This document shows, in pieces, positions 57,409 through 64,000 of a DNA stretch of 64,000 bases. A model generated the notes under the pieces. The model did not search any database, was not told the DNA's origin, and saw only the letters and a list, made by a program, of their open reading frames with translations. Source of the DNA: Piedraia hortae CBS 480.64 (lineage: Eukaryota); assembly GCA_010093745.1 (NCBI GenBank), contig MU005972.1:135170-199169 (forward strand), in the 5' to 3' direction. Positions within the stretch are counted from its first letter, which is position 1. Each line of letters starts with the position of its first letter. Both the position numbers and the translations under genes were made by a program.

Positions 57409-58557
57409 CTAATCACCCGTCCATCTTGTCAAGATGGTCAGGATTTGCTTCCATCTCTCTATCACAATCTCTCTCGCTCCCTTTGATTCCAACATGCTCA
57501 CTTTTTCCCAACCATGCTTGACAAAGTCCGTAGTCAAGTGCTTCGCAAATTTTACAACTTTAGACTCCAGAGCAGCATTCAAATCCTCACCAGTTTGCAT
57601 AAAATGGCCCCATTCCTCATCATTTTTACTCAGCTCTGCGCGAAGAGCAACCTGGGCGCGGAAGCACAGCTCCCATCTCATTTCTGTGGTGGGCAAAAGA
57701 ACATACGACCCCAAAAACCCGACCATTTGCAGAGCATCCCTAGTTTCAGACCTTAGATGCGGCAGCAGAAATTGATCAAGCACAACGTTATCATCATAAC
57801 TTCCTGATGGAATGATGAACCCATAATGCACCAGAAGGAAGTCGTTCGAATGGGAGCCGTATGTAGCTAGGACTTCTTCTCCAACATCTTTTTGCATACG
57901 TACACGATTAGAAAAGGACGAAAAGCTACGAACGTAGGGGCACGAAAACTCCTTACCATAGTCACGCGTCGCGAGAACTCGATAGCCGTCTTTGCCTTGC
58001 GACACGGCCACCGCAGAGGGCGTCTGTCCTGCTGGTGAATGGTTGATGTAGTCAGTCACCGGACAGAGAACCATGTCCTTCTTTCCCAGGTGGAAACTCC
58101 GGGTGTTGACAATCGCCCAGGCGTAGTCCCAGTCGTTGTTTAGCACGTCAATACCAGCTGCAGCTGCATCTTTGGTGTCTCTCTCGTAGCCTCGCTGCTG
58201 TCGTTGCAAAACTGCGCGTGTAGCATCTGGCAACTGTTCCTGCCCCTCTGCCAGCCAAAACAAAGGTAGACTTGCCAGCAAATTGGCTTTTGCTGGCCAT
58301 GTACGAGTCCAGGCTTCATCTGGAGGAGATATGATGATCGAAGCTGCGAGCTGGGCCTGTGGTGAGGCTTCTTTGGCTAGAGGTTTTTGACTAGAGAACA
58401 TGGCACTTGAAGGGACATGTAGGATCTGATCACCTTTCTTGATAGGGCCAGTGGTAACGAGGCCAATTCCATGATCAGGAATATGTTCAGGATGCACTGC
58501 ATGCAGTTTTACAGATTGAGCAGAGGCCCATGCTAAAAATTCTTTGTGGATATCCAT
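57409..58557 (-). CDS. SET-domain lysine methyltransferase (Rkm/SETD-type); in-frame intron 57888-57956
   Basis: GIGLV, AWAIVNTRSF, LCPVTDYINHS, GEEVLATYGSHSNDFLLVHYGF. Confidence 0.88.
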   Translation of the reverse strand: MDIHKEFLAWASAQSVKLHAVHPEHIPDHGIGLVTTGPIKKGDQILHVPSSAMFSSQKPLAKEASPQAQLAASIIISPPDEAWTRTWPAKANLLASLPLFWLAEGQEQLPDATRAVLQRQQRGYERDTKDAAAAGIDVLNNDWDYAWAIVNTRSFHLGKKDMVLCPVTDYINHSPAGQTPSAVAVSQGKDGYRVLATRDYGKEFSCPYVRSFSSFSNRVRMQKDVGEEVLATYGSHSNDFLLVHYGFIIPSGSYDDNVVLDQFLLPHLRSETRDALQMVGFLGSYVLLPTTEMRWELCFRAQVALRAELSKNDEEWGHFMQTGEDLNAALESKVVKFAKHLTTDFVKHGWEKVSMLESKGAREIVIERWKQILTILTRWTGD

Positions 58558-58629
58558 TTGTCTGTGTTTGTGTTGGAGGAGCCCCGCAGATTTTTCTCTT
58601 CGGTGACATTCCGCACAAACACATACACC

Positions 58630-59079
58630 ATGAACACAACAGCACAAATGCGCGAATGTGCAGACGACCTGCGCGACAAGATCGATGCGTTGGAGGCTGC
58701 ATTTGCGCCGATACTTAAAGCGGGTATAAGTGGCAGCGCAAGCAAATTACCTCTGATGGATCAGGCCCAACTGTACACGTTGACGACGTATGCCATTGAA
58801 TCGCTTTTGTTCTCTGCAATACGTCTGGACGGAAGCGAGGATGCAAAGAAACATCCAGTCTTTCAGGAATTGAATCGTGTAAAGGGCTACTTTGCGAAAA
58901 TCAAGGCCGCCCAGACGACGGCAGAGGGAAAGCGATCTAGAGTTGATGTGGAGGCCGTTGATAGGATGATCAAGCACGGGACAGAAAGTGTGAAAAAGCT
59001 ACAACATGGGCCACCCATGAGGGAGAGGAAGAGGAAAAGGGCAGAGGGCAAGGATGAGGTAAATAAAAAGCAAAAGTAG
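58630..59079 (+). CDS. LRP1: Exosome cofactor C1D/Rrp47 (Sas10/Utp3/C1D family)
   Basis: LPLMDQAQLY...YAIESLLFS..HPVFQELNRVKGYFAKI..AVDRMIKH. Confidence 0.85.
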   Translation: MNTTAQMRECADDLRDKIDALEAAFAPILKAGISGSASKLPLMDQAQLYTLTTYAIESLLFSAIRLDGSEDAKKHPVFQELNRVKGYFAKIKAAQTTAEGKRSRVDVEAVDRMIKHGTESVKKLQHGPPMRERKRKRAEGKDEVNKKQK

Positions 59080-59371
59080 ATCGTTCAGTTCCTTCCATGC
59101 CAAACGTCTTTTGGTGGTGGCCGCGTGGGAGCGCGCCGTTCCGAATCACCTCGGGTCGCACCGAGCCGCAGGCCCCCACGCGCGGCCAGTCGGTCCCCTG
59201 CGTTGGGAAGCATCAACCTCCCCGTCACGCAACCGCATCGCTTACAATCCGCCAGTGGCAACCTCGCTTCTCGCAAACCATTGCCGTAACGCCGCAAGCT
59301 ACCCCCAGCAGAAGAATCTAGCGCGCCAGGTCACCCGAGACCCCGCTGTCAAGGAAGGCGGACGGCTGTGA

Positions 59372-60136
<765 letters not shown>

Positions 60137-60560
60137 TGCTCTCCAAATCCACTGACTACTAACAACGACACGTATCTTTTACTAACGAAAGAAGGGGCAA
60201 GGGAGCAAGGGGGGTGTGGTTGCAGGTTGGAATAATGTAGAACTCTGGGGACAACGTCATGTGTGCAAGCTGGAAAGGTGGGGTAGATGAATAAGGAAGC
60301 GATTCGCGTTCTTGCATGCGTGCTCAGCACGGATTGAAATGATTTCTAATGTTCCACTTTCAGAGGTGTAGATTATGCTATGCCGACCATGGGATTTGCG
60401 CTCGTCCTTGGTCCATCCAACTGCCTATAGAAGAACGAATAGTTATAGAAATCATCATTTGACGTCGAAATTATCATATATTCATACCCCGAGGGTGTTA
60501 ATACACAGATATCCCAACTCCACTGCACCCATACATCAGAAGCGCTAGACTCAATGATAC

Positions 60561-61844
60561 TCAATTTTCGCCAAATAAATCCTCACCGACTTCCAGAGCG
60601 GGCAAATCCTCCTGGCTCGCACCAGGTGGTTGAGTAGGGATATCCTCCACTTTATCCAAAACGCCAGGTCCCAACGGAACAATATTCTCCTGTGCTGGAT
60701 CTGAAACGGACACGTGCACGTCCATTGGGACGGGATCAATACCCAATTTATCAGGTACGTCTGTTCCGTCGTCAGGCTGGACGGTATCGTCCTTTTGATC
60801 CACCTGCTGGATGAGGGGTTCATCCGGTGAACTGCTGATTCGTCTCATCCCACGACGGGACGGGGTCCCGGACTTCACGGTTGCCGTCTCCACGCCCGCA
60901 GTGGAATCTTCTGAGTCGCTCTCGCCGCTCTCTTGTTGCTGCAGAGCGGCCTGCTCCGGGGTCACGTCCACGGGTATTTCCTCGCCCTTGGACACATGTT
61001 TGACCGTTTGGCCGGGCTGTGGGACAATCTTGGTTGCGTTGGGGACGATAGTCGTGTATGTTGAGCCGTCTGGGTTGATGAACGTGACTCTCTTCTTGCC
61101 GCGACCGGGCCCACCTTTCTTCTTCGGCGGAGGCCGGTTCTTCCGCCTTGTTTCAGCTACAATGACGATGCCGTCTTCGTTGGCGATTCCTAGGCCTTCT
61201 ACATATGTTCCAGGTGGCGCCGTTAGAGCGGGAGGGAGCTCGGCAAGCTCGGCAGCATCGGTAATCTCCCCTTCGGCCAATTGTCCTTGTGGCACCAGAG
61301 CTTCGTAGACCAGAACCTCGCCGTCGTGTGCTGTCTTGCGCACCTTCGCCCGACGCATGGGCGCCACGCCGTCGGCGCCCGCCGGTCCGTAGAGGCTGGG
61401 CATGCCTTTTCTTCGCCGCGCGAGGAACTCAAAGTGCTTGTGCTCGGGCTTTTGAAGGGCCGTAGGGGTTATTTTCCACCTGCGTGTCAGGAAGGCGCGG
61501 TTATTGTTTTCCTTGGCCGCCTCATCCTCCTCAGCCGCATCTTCTTCGTCCGCGCAGTCGGTTTTGCGCTTGGCTCCGCTGCTGCCGGTGCGTCCGGTGC
61601 GTCCGGTGCGGGCAAGGCGCAAAATGTGCTGCGTCCATGGCTGCAACAGCTGGTAGTCTTGTGGCATTGGCAGCTCCCCCCATCGGTCGTCTTTGCCGTC
61701 GCTGCTGCCCAACGCCGGCGCAGCCAGCGATACTCGCGTCTCTTGTCGGCTCCATTGCTTCACTGGAAGTCCCTCAAACACCTCGTTGTTGGTTTGGTTG
61801 CGACCCGTTCGGTTGCTCCGTCCCGGTGGTCTGTAGTGGTCCAT
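60561..61844 (-). CDS. Fungal hypothetical protein (probably nuclear)
   Basis: 427-codon ORF; FEGLPVKQW, ELPMPQD..LL, EFLARRRKGMP, KGGPGRGKKRV. Confidence 0.75.
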   Translation of the reverse strand: MDHYRPPGRSNRTGRNQTNNEVFEGLPVKQWSRQETRVSLAAPALGSSDGKDDRWGELPMPQDYQLLQPWTQHILRLARTGRTGRTGSSGAKRKTDCADEEDAAEEDEAAKENNNRAFLTRRWKITPTALQKPEHKHFEFLARRRKGMPSLYGPAGADGVAPMRRAKVRKTAHDGEVLVYEALVPQGQLAEGEITDAAELAELPPALTAPPGTYVEGLGIANEDGIVIVAETRRKNRPPPKKKGGPGRGKKRVTFINPDGSTYTTIVPNATKIVPQPGQTVKHVSKGEEIPVDVTPEQAALQQQESGESDSEDSTAGVETATVKSGTPSRRGMRRISSSPDEPLIQQVDQKDDTVQPDDGTDVPDKLGIDPVPMDVHVSVSDPAQENIVPLGPGVLDKVEDIPTQPPGASQEDLPALEVGEDLFGEN

Positions 61845-61959
61845 GGCTGGTGAAATATCGATGCTAAACTTTTGGATGTCTCGATTAGGGTTAGCACTTC
61901 ACCAGCACTTCACAAGCACTTTCATTGACAGCTGGGGGACCGCGCCCAAGCCCCACCAC

Positions 61960-62396
61960 ATGGCTCAATTCAGAGCGAAGAAGCTCGACCTGGGCTGTTT
62001 TATCAATGCTCGTGTCATTCGCGACCATACTAAGCGAAAGGTGTTTGAGCAGCAGGAGCCGGAGCGGTACATATAAGTAAATATCCCATTGAACGCATCT
62101 GATTCGCAACAGTCAAGCCCTGCGCTATATCATACGCAACCTATCCCTTCCTGCGCGCACAAGAGCCCAGGCCCAGCTCCAGCTAGCGCAGATGCATAGC
62201 TACACGCGATCGACCCAGATCAACAACAGATGTGCAGAAGGTGGCAAGGCGAGATGGGTTATTGGGGATTACAGGATAGCAAGGGTAAGTGTGCATCATT
62301 ACGAAACTTGGGAGGGAAGGCTGAATGAGGCAGTATCCTTTCCGTTTAAAAGCACTTGCGGGTCAGCTGCCGGGGGTGCAAAAGGCGATGTGGTAA
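61960..62396 (+). CDS. MRP2: Mitochondrial ribosomal protein S14 (uS14m), two introns
   Basis: FRAKKLDL..IRDHTKRK..ER|QALRY..AQLQL..TQINNRC..R|YPFR..ALAGQLPGVQKAMW. Confidence 0.92.
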
Positions 62397-62536
62397 CCAG
62401 CGCCTTCTCAAAAGCTTGAACAAAAGCTTGGGCAAGGCAGTATGTAGTCACACGCACCTGTACATCACGCAAGATCAAAGCTCTCCATTTTCCAATGTTT
62501 GCTTTCATGCCGTTTATGCACAGACCTTTGGCACGC

Positions 62537-62537
62537 A

Positions 62538-62588
<51 letters not shown>

Positions 62589-62599
62589 ACAACACACAC
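62537..62599. repeat. (CA)n microsatellite
   Basis: About 17 perfect CA units with degenerate flanks. Confidence 0.95.
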
Positions 62600-62631
62600 T
62601 CGAAATTTTCCAATCCAACTCACCCACAACA

Positions 62632-63996
62632 ATGGCTTTTAGGAGATTGTCCACAGACCTCCCCAAGGATCCCGTCTATCCCGCCGATCTTAAAGAGCTG
62701 GGATTCAAGCAAACTGACGACGGTCATTTTGTGAACATTGAAACCGGCGAATACTTTGCTTATCGTCATACAAACAATGACCGCGCCAACGAAGTCCGCC
62801 GGGAGGCCATGACTCAATGCATTCGTTCTGCTGTTTTTGAAGCCCTCAAGGAGTTTGACATCAAACCTCTCTACTGTCATGGAGATACGTATAGCGAAAC
62901 GGCGGATGGACCAGCCGTACCCATCCTGACCACCTCCCGTCAGTCTTTGAAGGCGAAGCGGGAGGTTGTCATGCTTGTGGGAGAATATAACCACGATCTT
63001 GGCATCTTTGCCTACCGTTTGCTAATGAACGAAGGTGGAATGGAAGAAGGCTCGGTTATTGGTCTGTTAAAACAGCTACAGACGCTGGCCCGCCCCCCCG
63101 GTGTTATCATCTTCAACCCGGGCCAGCTGCTCTACAGTCACAAGGAGAAGCAGGCCATGTCACAGACCTCTTGGCTCGCTCGCAACAAGGAAAGTGCTTT
63201 GCATGAGCATTACCGCATTCACCCGGTGCACAACTACGTTACTGGACACACCACGCCCAATGAACATGTAGCTACTGTTTTAAAGTATGTTGTTCCGGAG
63301 ATCACGCACGAAGGTGCCAAACTTTACACCATCGCCATCAGTGACGGCTGCGAGAACATGCTAAAGGCCATCGATGTGCAGCTGGAAGAAGATAGCGACG
63401 CATGGATCGGAGGCGCCGTGGAGGCCTTTGCACTTATGCAGACTACTCATCGCCCGCACGAGATCAAGAACGCAGCCCTTCGCATGTTTCTCAACCTACG
63501 TGGACGCGGCTGGGTGACGGCTCTCGACGTTCCGCCTGGCAAACTCATCGCCCTGCCCGATGAGGAAGAAGTCCAAAATGCGGTTCGAGCCGTGGACGGT
63601 AAGGCTGGGTCGACCTCTCCCAGTAGGGATAAGCAGAAGCCTCGCATCGACCGTCGTGGAAGTGTCAGCGCCACTTCACCGCCTATCGCCATCCCAGGCA
63701 CGTCGGGAGCCGACGATGATGCCTCCACCGATGATGAGACAGTCAAACGCATCGCCGAGCAACGTGGTAAGGATAACGATCTTATCACTAAACACACGCG
63801 CGGCAGTTTGTTATACAGGCTACGAAAGATCAATATAGTGCCGTGCACGACACCCGAATTTGCCAAGAGCGAGTATGCAGAGGTGGGCGTAAACTGTCCG
63901 ACCATCAGCAGTGATGCCGATTTGATCGAGCTTGTCTTCCCCGCCGCCAGGGACGAAGTCATGAAGTTTTTCCGTGCTGTCAGGGATTCGGGCTAG
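62632..63996 (+). CDS. arb2: Arb2-domain protein (Argonaute siRNA chaperone complex subunit-like)
   Basis: MAFRRLSTDLPKDPVYPADLKELGF..NDRANEVRREAM..DLGIFAYR..PGVIIFNPGQL..HTTPNEHV match my recollection of fungal Arb2-domain proteins. Confidence 0.78.
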   Translation: MAFRRLSTDLPKDPVYPADLKELGFKQTDDGHFVNIETGEYFAYRHTNNDRANEVRREAMTQCIRSAVFEALKEFDIKPLYCHGDTYSETADGPAVPILTTSRQSLKAKREVVMLVGEYNHDLGIFAYRLLMNEGGMEEGSVIGLLKQLQTLARPPGVIIFNPGQLLYSHKEKQAMSQTSWLARNKESALHEHYRIHPVHNYVTGHTTPNEHVATVLKYVVPEITHEGAKLYTIAISDGCENMLKAIDVQLEEDSDAWIGGAVEAFALMQTTHRPHEIKNAALRMFLNLRGRGWVTALDVPPGKLIALPDEEEVQNAVRAVDGKAGSTSPSRDKQKPRIDRRGSVSATSPPIAIPGTSGADDDASTDDETVKRIAEQRGKDNDLITKHTRGSLLYRLRKINIVPCTTPEFAKSEYAEVGVNCPTISSDADLIELVFPAARDEVMKFFRAVRDSG

Positions 63997-64000
63997 ATGA

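Noticed and set aside
61884..61895. CTAACCCTAA as telomerase RNA template or interstitial telomere
   Set aside because: Only about 1.5 repeats in a 115-bp promoter, with no room for a kb-scale telomerase RNA
62356..62631. His-Thr repeat N-terminal extension on the Arb2 ORF
   Set aside because: Translation of the CA microsatellite from a non-ATG start overlapping MRP2; the likely start is ATG 62632

Overview
Eukaryotic DNA from a very gene-dense filamentous ascomycete (Pezizomycotina, probably a Dothideomycete; species cannot be determined from sequence alone). About 30 protein-coding genes in 64 kb, with short GT-AG introns (about 43-69 nt) and often under 150 bp between genes. Most genes are housekeeping: acetyl-CoA transporter, CIA30, RIM2, YAE1, PalI, SCO1, REV3, MFS transporter, septin, CFIm-like RRM, AIM11, MIX17, RPS9, RPL21, ATG29, flavocytochrome b2, PMI, MET1, SEC2, SER2, SUR7, NOP6, ISD11, GT69, SET, C1D, Rac, MRP2 and Arb2. 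Top candidate for a new system: a spliced gene of about 1049 aa (46812-50055, minus strand) that the ORF track splits into pieces. It joins a NYN/PIN-like (DUF7923-type) domain and three CCCH-type zinc fingers to a tail of about 520 aa with roughly 22 GW/WG motifs, the architecture expected of an Argonaute-hook RNA-silencing adaptor. An Arb2-domain gene lies in the same window. Other highlights: tandem GH31 alpha-glucosidases with gene-conversion-like identical patches, CreA-site-rich promoters and (in the complete copy) an internal CBM20; a hAT-like MITE; a candidate CUG start for SEC2; a gag-like zinc knuckle fused to AIM11; a PTS1-bearing flavocytochrome b2; and two orphan genes flanking YAE1. 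All family calls come from motif recognition, not database searches.
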